From Bacteroidota bacterium (GTDB lineage Bacteria > Bacteroidota > Bacteroidia > Bacteroidales > CAIXZF01): a DNA stretch of 64,000 nt. Position numbers and translations under genes: made by a program. Positions 8,643-17,400 of the stretch are shown here, one piece after another (position 1 is the stretch's first letter; each line of letters opens with the position of its first letter). The stretch spans positions 8,926 through 72,925 of the forward strand of contig JAKLIX010000016.1 in the NCBI GenBank assembly GCA_022709385.1. The letters run 5' to 3'. Below the pieces are notes generated by a model, which saw only the letters and a list, made by a program, of their open reading frames with translations, was not told the origin of the DNA and searched no databases.

Positions 8643-10013
8643 ATGAAACGGATCCATTTTATCGCCATCGGTGGAAGCGCCATGCATAACCTGGCGCTTG
8701 CCCTTCATGCAAAAGGCTACATTGTCACGGGTTCCGACGATGAGATCTTCGAGCCTGCCCGCAGCCGCCTGGCGGCGGCCGGACTGCTGCCCGAATCCGA
8801 GGGATGGTATCCCTCCCGCCTGGATGCGATGCCGGATGCCGTGATTTTGGGCATGCACGCCAAAGCCGACAACCCTGAACTCCTCCGGGCCGGGGAGCTT
8901 CGTATACCGGTGTTCTCTTACCCTGAATATCTTTATGAGCAGTCAAAGGATAAAACACGCATCGTTATCGGTGGCAGTCACGGAAAAACCACCATCACCG
9001 CCATGATCCTTCATGCCCTGCGCCATGCCGGCATTGAAACCGGCTTTATGGTCGGCGCCAGGCTGCCCGGCTTCGATATCATGGTGGGCCTGAGCGACAC
9101 GGCCCCTTATATGGTCTTCGAAGGTGATGAGTATCTGACCAGTCCCATCGATCCCAGGCCGAAATTCCATCTCTACCGGCCGCACCTGGCCCTCATCAGC
9201 GGAATTGCCTGGGACCATATCAATGTTTTTCCCGAGTTCTCAGGCTATGTGGATCAGTTCAGGCAGTTTATCCGCCTGACAGAGGCCGGGGGAACGGTTT
9301 TTTATGCTGCCGGCGATGAAGTGCTCGCTGCGTTGTGCAGCGAGTCCTTCCCTCATGTAAATCTGAAATCATACAGCTACCCCTCATACAGGGTCGAGGG
9401 AGAGCAGACCCTGGTCATCCATGAGGGAGAAGCATTCCCGTTGCAGGTCTTTGGCAGGCATAACCTGTTGAATGCCGCCGGAGCCGCTGCCATCTGTGAC
9501 ATGTTGTCTGTCGGGCGACGTGATTTCTGGCAGGCCATGACCACATTCAGGGGTGCGGCCAACCGGCTTGAGTGCCTTGCGAAAAGTGACACCACTGCGG
9601 TTTACAAAGACTTCGCCCATGCCCCGTCCAAAGTGAAAGCAACCGTTCAGGCTGTCAGGGAGCAGTATCCCGGCCGCAAACTGGTGGCTTGTCTCGAACT
9701 TCATACCTACAGCAGCCTGAGCCGGCAGTTTTTGTCACAGTACAAGGGAAGCCTTGAGCATGCCGATACCGCGATGGTTTATTACAATCCTCACGCCCTG
9801 CAGATAAAACGACTCCCTCCTGTCGATCCTGACGATATCGACGCCGGTTTCGCCAAGCCACAACTCCTGGTATTCAACGATTCGGACGGGCTGAAGCAAA
9901 GCCTGCTTTCCCTCGATTACCGCAATAGCGTCCTGCTGCTGATGAGTTCCGGAAATTTCGATGGCATGAATCTTGATTCAATCGCTGCCTCCGTCACTGG
10001 CAATAACATTTAA
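8643..10013 (+). CDS. mpl: Mur ligase family protein, UDP-N-acetylmuramate:L-alanyl-gamma-D-glutamyl-meso-DAP ligase-like
   Basis: MKRIHFIAIGGSAMHNLALALHAKGYIVTGSDD N-terminus and GGSHGKTT P-loop, 456 aa. The ATG at 8643 gives the canonical N-terminus. Confidence 0.8.
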   Translation: MKRIHFIAIGGSAMHNLALALHAKGYIVTGSDDEIFEPARSRLAAAGLLPESEGWYPSRLDAMPDAVILGMHAKADNPELLRAGELRIPVFSYPEYLYEQSKDKTRIVIGGSHGKTTITAMILHALRHAGIETGFMVGARLPGFDIMVGLSDTAPYMVFEGDEYLTSPIDPRPKFHLYRPHLALISGIAWDHINVFPEFSGYVDQFRQFIRLTEAGGTVFYAAGDEVLAALCSESFPHVNLKSYSYPSYRVEGEQTLVIHEGEAFPLQVFGRHNLLNAAGAAAICDMLSVGRRDFWQAMTTFRGAANRLECLAKSDTTAVYKDFAHAPSKVKATVQAVREQYPGRKLVACLELHTYSSLSRQFLSQYKGSLEHADTAMVYYNPHALQIKRLPPVDPDDIDAGFAKPQLLVFNDSDGLKQSLLSLDYRNSVLLLMSSGNFDGMNLDSIAASVTGNNI

Positions 10014-10036
10014 CAAGATCCTGAAATCTTTACATC

Positions 10037-11137
10037 ATGATCAAAAAGACGCATGTTTCCATACACCTTCTCTACCTCCTGGCGGCGATACTGCCGGTAA
10101 CAGGGATTTACGCACAGAAGCCCCCGGTGCTTACATTAACCACATTCCTGTACGACTTCGGAACGATAGCCGAAGTGAAAGGGCCTGTGGTTCACGATTT
10201 TCCCCTTACAAACACCGGAGGTGACACCCTGGTGATCCACAAGGTGAAGACCTCCGCCATCAACGTCAGCGGAGAAATGATCCCACCGAGCCTGGCCCCG
10301 GGAGAAACCGGTGTCATCAGGGTAAGCCTCGATCCGAAGGATGAAAGCGGCAGGATAGAAAAAAAGATCAGCCTCAGGAGCAACGACCCGGCACACCCGG
10401 TCAGGCAACTGTCCGTATTTGCCGATGTGCTCCCGAGGGAAAAATCCCTCATCGATTTTTACCCGATCCGGGTCGGGAACCTGATGCTCCGCCAGCGTCA
10501 CCTGATCTTCGACCAGTTTAAAAATACAGAAGTGCGATCAGATACCTTCAGGGTCTTCAATGCATGGTACAGGGATATGCACCTGGCGGTCAAGGATCCT
10601 CCGGCCTATACTTCATGGGTTGTGCAGCCCGAAACGCTTGCCCCTGGTGCGGAAGGACTGGTTATTCTGACCTATGATGCCGGGAAAAGCGGGAAGTGGG
10701 GACTGGACATGGATATTTTTCACCTCGAAACCAATGATTCGCTGGATGCCGTGAAACCGGTCACGATAGGGTTGAATGTGGTGGAGGATTTTTCCGTGAA
10801 CCCTTTCCCGGGCGGCAAAAAGCCGTCCATCGCGTTTGAGTCGCTGACGCATGACTTCGGCACAGTGCGGGTGGGGACCACGGTCGACTTTACCTACGTT
10901 TTTACCAACAAAGGCAAATCCGACCTGCTGATACGAAAAGTGAAAGCCAGTTGCGGCTGTACCGTCTCTGACCTTGATAAAGAGCTTTTAAAACCGGGTG
11001 AAAGCGGTCACCTGAAAATCAGCTTCAACTCTGCAGGCATGTCGGGGAAGCAGAGTAAATCCATCACCGTCATCTCCAACGATCCGGAAAAACCGGTATC
11101 CAACCTGAGCTTTTCAGCCAGTGTAATCAATGAATAA
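10037..11137 (+). CDS. DUF1573 domain-containing protein (multi-domain)
   Basis: Signal peptide. C-terminal FTNKGKSDLLIRKVKASCGCTVSDL DUF1573 core, plus a degenerate N-terminal DUF1573-like unit. Confidence 0.85.
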   Translation: MIKKTHVSIHLLYLLAAILPVTGIYAQKPPVLTLTTFLYDFGTIAEVKGPVVHDFPLTNTGGDTLVIHKVKTSAINVSGEMIPPSLAPGETGVIRVSLDPKDESGRIEKKISLRSNDPAHPVRQLSVFADVLPREKSLIDFYPIRVGNLMLRQRHLIFDQFKNTEVRSDTFRVFNAWYRDMHLAVKDPPAYTSWVVQPETLAPGAEGLVILTYDAGKSGKWGLDMDIFHLETNDSLDAVKPVTIGLNVVEDFSVNPFPGGKKPSIAFESLTHDFGTVRVGTTVDFTYVFTNKGKSDLLIRKVKASCGCTVSDLDKELLKPGESGHLKISFNSAGMSGKQSKSITVISNDPEKPVSNLSFSASVINE

Positions 11138-11154
11138 AGATAATTGTGTGTAAT

Positions 11155-11928
11155 ATGAGAAGATTTGTTTTGTTTTTTATCCTTGCCGGCTGGTCTCTGT
11201 TGGTTGCAGGGCAGGCCAGGCCTGTTTCACAGGAATCCGGTGACACAGCATTCCCTTTTAAAAAAGGAAATCTGCTGTTCAACAAAGAGAATATGAAAAT
11301 GAATTATGTCAAGCATACCGAGGTCAGGCGCGATACCCTGCTGGTGAAGAATGCCTGGGACAGGGATGTTTATCTCACGCCCAAGGCGGGTCCGGCACAT
11401 ATCAGCCTTGATATTGCGCCGGATACGATCGCGCCGGGAGACACTGCCACCGTGGTGCTTGCTTACGATGCGGGTAAAAAGCGCGATTTTGGTTATGTGT
11501 ACGAGAATTTCACCCTGAAAACCAATGATACCGAACAAGCCGACAAGTTCTTCTTCCTGATGGTTTACCTTGAAGAGGATTTCTCTGGTCTGAGCGAGGC
11601 TGAGCGCAAGAATGCGCCTGTCATCCGGTTTAAAAAGGAGATTCATGATTTCGGCAAGATCAAACAGGGCGAGAAGATCAAATATTACTACGAGTTTACC
11701 AATGAGGGGAAAAGTGATCTGATCATCCGCCGGGTGAAAGCCAGTTGCGGATGCACAGCCACCGAACCTGACAAAACCATCATTAAGCCCGGTGAAACAG
11801 GAAAGATCAATGTGAATTTTGACTCAGCCGGCCTAACGGGAGAGCAGAACAAGACCGTTTTTGTGTATTGCAACGATCCCAGATACAGTACTGTAGCCCT
11901 GCATCTTAAGGGTGAGGTTATTCAGTGA
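11155..11928 (+). CDS. DUF1573 domain-containing protein
   Basis: Paralog of the preceding gene. C-terminal FTNEGKSDLIIRRVKASCGCTATEP. ATG at 11155 (the ORF track begins at GTG 11146). Confidence 0.85.
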   Translation: MRRFVLFFILAGWSLLVAGQARPVSQESGDTAFPFKKGNLLFNKENMKMNYVKHTEVRRDTLLVKNAWDRDVYLTPKAGPAHISLDIAPDTIAPGDTATVVLAYDAGKKRDFGYVYENFTLKTNDTEQADKFFFLMVYLEEDFSGLSEAERKNAPVIRFKKEIHDFGKIKQGEKIKYYYEFTNEGKSDLIIRRVKASCGCTATEPDKTIIKPGETGKINVNFDSAGLTGEQNKTVFVYCNDPRYSTVALHLKGEVIQ

Positions 11929-12709
11929 GCCTTTCGATCCGGCCCGATTGTTCGCCGCGCAGTTGTTCCAGGATGTGAAGGATATCTGCTTCCAGACTCT
12001 TTTTCCGGCTTCGCTCAAACATCAGCAATTCTTCCAGTTCCTGGATGCGCTGTTCTGCCGGCGTACCTTTCCAGCTCGAAATAAACTGTTCCAGCCGTTT
12101 CCGGTTTTCTTCCTTCAGTCGTGTGATGTCTTCCTCCAGCCTCTTGATCTCGGTTATTTGTGACTGGGCCTGGTTCCTGCTGTTGACCAGGTCGTTCTGC
12201 ATGTCGTTCATGCTCTTGCGGTACTCCAGCAACAACCTTTCATGATCGGCAGTATGGGCTCTCAACGACTGCAGTTGTGCATTTCTTCTCAGCAGCAGCA
12301 CGGCAGTCAGCAGGCAGAGCAGCAGTAAAAAACCGCTGCCTCCAAGGATAAAGTACATCCTGTTTACGGCACGGCTGATCTTTTTTTCCTGAAGTGCGGT
12401 CACTTTTTCATTCATCATCAGGGCGGCCGAAAGGCTGTCGGTAAGTGCCGACATTGCGTCAGCCCTGGCAAGCGAGAGGGAGTCTTCCAGCCGGATGATC
12501 TGCCTGGCCTGTTGCATCAGGCTCAGCAGCGTATCGGCCTTCAGTTCTCCCTGAACGGCGATGGCGGAATCCAGTTTTCTGGTGAACAGTCCGCGTATGT
12601 GATTGATTGAATCAGGAGCGATTCCTGCGTCAAGGGGTCGCGGCGACAATATGCACAGCAATGCCACCGTGAGCATCCTGATAAACCTTGTGTTTCCGAA
12701 TTCTGGCAT
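11918..12709 (-). CDS. hypothetical single-pass membrane protein with a cytoplasmic coiled coil
   Basis: 263 aa with a signal-like N-terminus, a central TM helix (FILGGSGFLLLLCLLTAVLLL) and a heptad-rich C-terminus. Overlaps the convergent gene by 11 nt. Confidence 0.6.
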   Translation of the reverse strand: MPEFGNTRFIRMLTVALLCILSPRPLDAGIAPDSINHIRGLFTRKLDSAIAVQGELKADTLLSLMQQARQIIRLEDSLSLARADAMSALTDSLSAALMMNEKVTALQEKKISRAVNRMYFILGGSGFLLLLCLLTAVLLLRRNAQLQSLRAHTADHERLLLEYRKSMNDMQNDLVNSRNQAQSQITEIKRLEEDITRLKEENRKRLEQFISSWKGTPAEQRIQELEELLMFERSRKKSLEADILHILEQLRGEQSGRIERLTE

Positions 12710-12885
12710 GGTGCTTGAATCATAAACGTTCCTCCGGTCCCCGGGCCGGGAACTGCCGCCCGCAATCCTTCCTGATCAGGAAATACCTGATTTTTCATGG
12801 TGAAGGAGTGACTGTTTCCCGTCTCCACCGGCTATAAAAGTAGTGATTTTTAACCATGACATCCGTACCAGCTTTAAAAAGAATG

Positions 12886-12893
12886 TAATTTTG
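12886..12893 (+). promoter_or_regulatory. -7 promoter box TAATTTTG
   Basis: Exact TAnnTTTG, 48 nt upstream of ATG 12941. Confidence 0.4.
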
Positions 12894-12940
12894 TCAGCGT
12901 TTAGCCGTTCAGTCACGATGCTGACACAACCGACACGAAA

Positions 12941-14353
12941 ATGAAACGACTTCTGATACTATTGATTTTACCGCTGCTCGGGCTCCATCTCCTGGCTGCT
13001 CCTAAAAAAGGCCACGAGATTAAGTTACGGATCAGCGATCTGAAGGACACTTCCCTCTATCTTGCCAACTATTACGGCGAAAAGACCTACCTCATCGACA
13101 CTGCAAAGGTGGATGCGCAGGGCAGGTGCGTGTTTGAAGGTGACAAACCCCTGGAGGGAGGAATATACATCCTTGCCCTCGGCAAAACCAAACTCTTTGA
13201 GTTTCTGGTGGACGGCCCCCAGTTTTTCAGCATGGAAACCAATGGTCCGGACTATGTCGGAAACATGAGGATCAAGGGATCCCCCCAAAACCAGCTTTTC
13301 TTCGATTACCTGAGGTTTAACGCATTTAAATACATGGAAGCGGAACCTTTGCAGAAACTTCAGCAGAAACTGCAACACAACAAAGATTCCCTTAAAATTG
13401 TAAAAGACAAACTCAGCCAGATCAACAAAGAACTGGAAGAATACAAACTCGGCTTTATCAAAGATCATCCGGAAACCTTTATGGCGGCATTTTTCCAGGC
13501 ACTGAAAGAGCCTGTCCTGCCCGAAGCACCGCTGAAAGCTGACGGAAAACGCGATTCCGCCTACCTCTACTACTACTTTCGCCAGCATTATTGGGATAAT
13601 ATCAATCTTCTCGACGACAGATTGTTACGTACCCCCTTCTTTCATCAGAAAATTGTCACCTATTTCGACAAGCTGATCGTGCAAATGCCTGATTCCATCA
13701 TTGCAGCGGCTGATTCCATGATCGCCAGGGTGCGCGACAATAAGGAAATGTTCAAGTATTTTGTCTGGTACCTCACCAATACATACGAGATCAGCAATGT
13801 GATGGGCTTTGATGCCATTTTTGTCCATATGGTCGAAACCTATTATATGACCAACCAGGCCTACTGGATCAATCCCACCGTCCTGGAAAACCTGAGCAAA
13901 AAAGCCATGAAACTGAAGCGGATCCTGATCGGGAAAACGGCACCCAATATGATCATGCTCGATACAAATATGCGCCCGGTGTCGATGTATGCAATCGATG
14001 CAAAATACACCATCCTGTATTTCTGGGATCCGGATTGCGGACACTGCAAAACCGAAAGTCCCAAACTGAAGAAATTCTACGACGACTTTAAACAGAAGTT
14101 CAATCTCGAAGTTTTCGGCGTCTGTTCTGATACCAGCATGGCTGAAATGAAACAGTATATCCTGAAAAATAATCTGAACTGGATTAACGTGAACGGTCCC
14201 AGGTGCCTGACACCCAACTATCATGATGAGTATGATGTGTCAAGCACTCCGGTATTATTTCTGCTGGATGATAAAAAGACCATCCTTGCCAAAAGGCTGA
14301 CCACAGACCAGCTTGAAAAGTTTATCGAAAGACTGGAGACTGCCAAAAATTGA
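12941..14353 (+). CDS. thioredoxin-fold thiol:disulfide oxidoreductase (TlpA/ResA-like) with a long N-terminal domain (DUF5106-type)
   Basis: Signal peptide. C-terminal thioredoxin fold with FWDPDCGHCK (CxxC). Confidence 0.8.
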   Translation: MKRLLILLILPLLGLHLLAAPKKGHEIKLRISDLKDTSLYLANYYGEKTYLIDTAKVDAQGRCVFEGDKPLEGGIYILALGKTKLFEFLVDGPQFFSMETNGPDYVGNMRIKGSPQNQLFFDYLRFNAFKYMEAEPLQKLQQKLQHNKDSLKIVKDKLSQINKELEEYKLGFIKDHPETFMAAFFQALKEPVLPEAPLKADGKRDSAYLYYYFRQHYWDNINLLDDRLLRTPFFHQKIVTYFDKLIVQMPDSIIAAADSMIARVRDNKEMFKYFVWYLTNTYEISNVMGFDAIFVHMVETYYMTNQAYWINPTVLENLSKKAMKLKRILIGKTAPNMIMLDTNMRPVSMYAIDAKYTILYFWDPDCGHCKTESPKLKKFYDDFKQKFNLEVFGVCSDTSMAEMKQYILKNNLNWINVNGPRCLTPNYHDEYDVSSTPVLFLLDDKKTILAKRLTTDQLEKFIERLETAKN

Positions 14354-14401
14354 AACCTATTCCGCTCAAAGTAGTTTAATAAATACACTTAAACTGCTTA
14401 C

Positions 14402-17400
14402 TTGAGGAAGATTATTTTATACAGTCTTCTGTTTTTGTATTTTACGTCGCTGACGACGATGCAGGCTTTTTGCCAGTCGAAACCCAAAGAGGTTTCTGCC
14501 CTGGAAAAGAAAGCTGAAAATTATTTCAGGGAGGGTAAATATGTTTTAGCGAAAGATGTTTACTCCACCCTGTTGAGTAATTATCCCAAGGATCCTTTTT
14601 ACAGTTACCGTTTTGGCGTTTGCCTGATGTTCGGCGACAGGCGCGATCCTGAAAAGCCTGTCCAGTACCTGGAGCTGGCCTCAAGAAGCCCGGATATGGA
14701 ACCCGAAGTCTTCTACTATCTTGGGAAAGCATATCATTTCAATTACCGTTTTGTGGATGCCATCCGCATGTACGAGAAATATCTGAGTCTTGCCGGAAAA
14801 AGCAAAGCGGCCGGATTTGGTGTTGAGAGAGATATCGGGATGTGCCGCAACGGATTATACCTGCTTTCCAGGGTGAAAGACATTGTGGTGATCGATAAAA
14901 AGGAAGTCAGAAGGACTGATTTTCAGCGTTCTTACGTACTGAGCGGGTTTACCGGGGAATATCTGAAGAAACCGGAAGTGTTTCTGACCAAACAGGACAG
15001 GAGGAAAAAGGAGGCCGGGCTTGTCTTTTTCCCGGCCGGCCAGGAGTTTGTTTTGTTCTCTGGTTACGGAGAAGACAACAGGGATCAGCGTGATCTGTAC
15101 CTTTCCTATCTTCTGCCCAACCAAACATGGAGCAAGGCCGCAAAGCTGCCGGGCGGGGTCAACAGTTTATACGACGAAGATTATCCCTACCTGCTTCCCG
15201 ACGGAAAGACCCTGTATTTCAGTTCCAGGGGGCACAACAGCATGGGCGGCTATGATATCTTCCGTTCTGTCCTTGATACGGTCACCGGAACGTGGGGAGA
15301 GCCTGAAAACATGGATTTCGCCGTGAATACGCCCTATGACGACCTGCTGTTTGTTGCCGATCCTGACGGGAAATATGCTTTTTTTGCTTCGGACAGAAGC
15401 ACCGTGGGGGATAAAATCATGGTTTACCTGGTCAGGGCTGATCAGCGTCCGGAAAGGTCCTTGGATGAGGAAATCAGGGAATCGGTAGCGGCAACGGCCC
15501 CGGGTCAGGAAATCGGCAGGCAGCAGCAGGAAATACTGGCTCAGATGGCGAAGCTTGAAGTGAACGCGGCCGAAAACCAGGCAGCAGATATTCCGTCCTC
15601 CGTGAGGATAGATGCCTCGGCCATGGCAAGCGTCGCCGATCATGAACGTTTTGAGTCTGTGGTGAAGGAAAAAATCAGGGAAAGAGCGATTACCAAGGCC
15701 TGGGTCGATACTTCCTATGCGCTGCTCGGAAAGTTCGAGGAAAGGATAAAGGATCTGAAAGACCTTACAGGAGCAGTGCAGAAGGTTTCCAATGAGGCTT
15801 CCGTGCTGGCTGAGAAGAAAATGGCCGGCACGCTTTACCGTGAGCTTTCAGGCGAAATTAAAAAGAAGGAAAACCGGCTGGCAGCGATCAGGAAGATGGC
15901 GGGTGATCTGCAGCAGATGGCCGGAAGCAATCCTTCCGATACGGTGAGGAAACGATTTGAAAGCATCACATCAGCCATCCTTCCTTCGGATACTGCGTCG
16001 GATTACCGCATGATTATCAGTGATATGGCCACAGGGGGCCAACCATTGACAAAGGCGGGCCGGACAGGGGACAGCTTCCTGGAGGGATGGAAAGCCCCGA
16101 TGACCTCTGCAGAAAGGGATGTGCTGCAGGCAGTCCTTCAGCAAACCAGGCCGCCCCTTGCCGTGGTGACCGGGAAAGCGGAAGGAGAAGGGAAAATCGC
16201 GGAGACAAAAGTTGCCGATAGCGAAAAGATGCAGCAGGCACAAACAGAAAAAAGCAGAGAGACAGCGCAAGGCTCGCTTAGCCGGCCTGACGCAGTTCAG
16301 GACAGAAACCGCAAGGCCGAAGAAGTGAACCGGATCACGGATGAATTGCGTGTTCTGAGAGACTCCATGAATGCCTTGCAGGAGATTACGGAAAGGCAGC
16401 GCCTGCTGTTGCTGGATCTTGCGCTTGAAAGCAGCAACGAGGCCGGTTCCATGCTGGATGAAGTGAATAAAATGAAGGCCGTGGCCGAAAGCGTCATCAC
16501 CGATGGCAGTACACGGGATTTACGGCAGGCAGCGTCGGACCTTTCGCGGGAAGCAGGGCAGCAAGCGGAAAAAGCCGTGCTGGCATATGCGCTTGCAGCC
16601 AGGATTGGTGAAAGAGAGGAGGTCGTCAAAAAAGCAGTCAGCGAACTGGAGAAACGTGCGCTCGAGATCACCGCCCTGCTCGATTCGGGGCAGACCGGAA
16701 GGGCTTCAGCACTGCTGGAATCCGTGAGAACACCCCTGAGGGAATACCAGAAGATCAGTTTTGCCAACGACGATGTCATCCCTGCTATTCACAGGCATAC
16801 AAGGGAGCTGAAAGTGGAAGTGCTCGCAAACCTCAAAACTGTCCGCAATACCCTGATCGAGGTGAAAACCCTGAATACTGCCTCAGAAAATCTGAAAAGC
16901 CAGGCATCGAAAACAGCCGATAAGAAGGAAGCGCGGAAACTCCTTTCACGGGCGGACGAAATGGATAAAACAGCCCGTCAGAAACAACAGCAAGCCCAGG
17001 ATCTCTTCAATCAGAACATGATCTGGGATAACCGGACCAGGGCGCTGGAATCCGCCATGCCCGGCGCCAGGTCGATCATGAACAACATTACGCTGCGCGC
17101 TGCGGAAAATTATATTCCCCCCCGTAAAAAGATCAGGGATACCACCCTGCTGGTGCCCGTCATCCTGGATATTCTCTCAGCCAGCCTGCCGGCTGCGGAT
17201 AATGAATATCAGTCCCTTGTGGTCACCCGGGGGAAGGAAGCCGCTGATCCGGCCATGACCAGGGATGAACTCATCAGCAGGACATCCTCTGTTGCCGCCA
17301 TGGATGCGGAGATGATCGCGGAACAGACCCGGAGAGTTAAAGAAAAGCCTGATTTACTGGTGTTTGAAGATACTGAAACGGCGAAAGTAAAGGAAGGACA

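Noticed and set aside
12735-12745. GCCGGGAACTG match to the CCGGGAACTGTTTCCGG hairpin of the 2554/2938 repeats
   Set aside because: Only 11 nt are shared and the second hairpin arm is missing. This is compatible with chance.
16297-16779. 160-aa minus-strand ORF inside the giant gene
   Set aside because: It is a Ser/Ala-rich mirror of the Ala/Glu/Arg-rich coiled-coil coding strand, so it is a shadow ORF.
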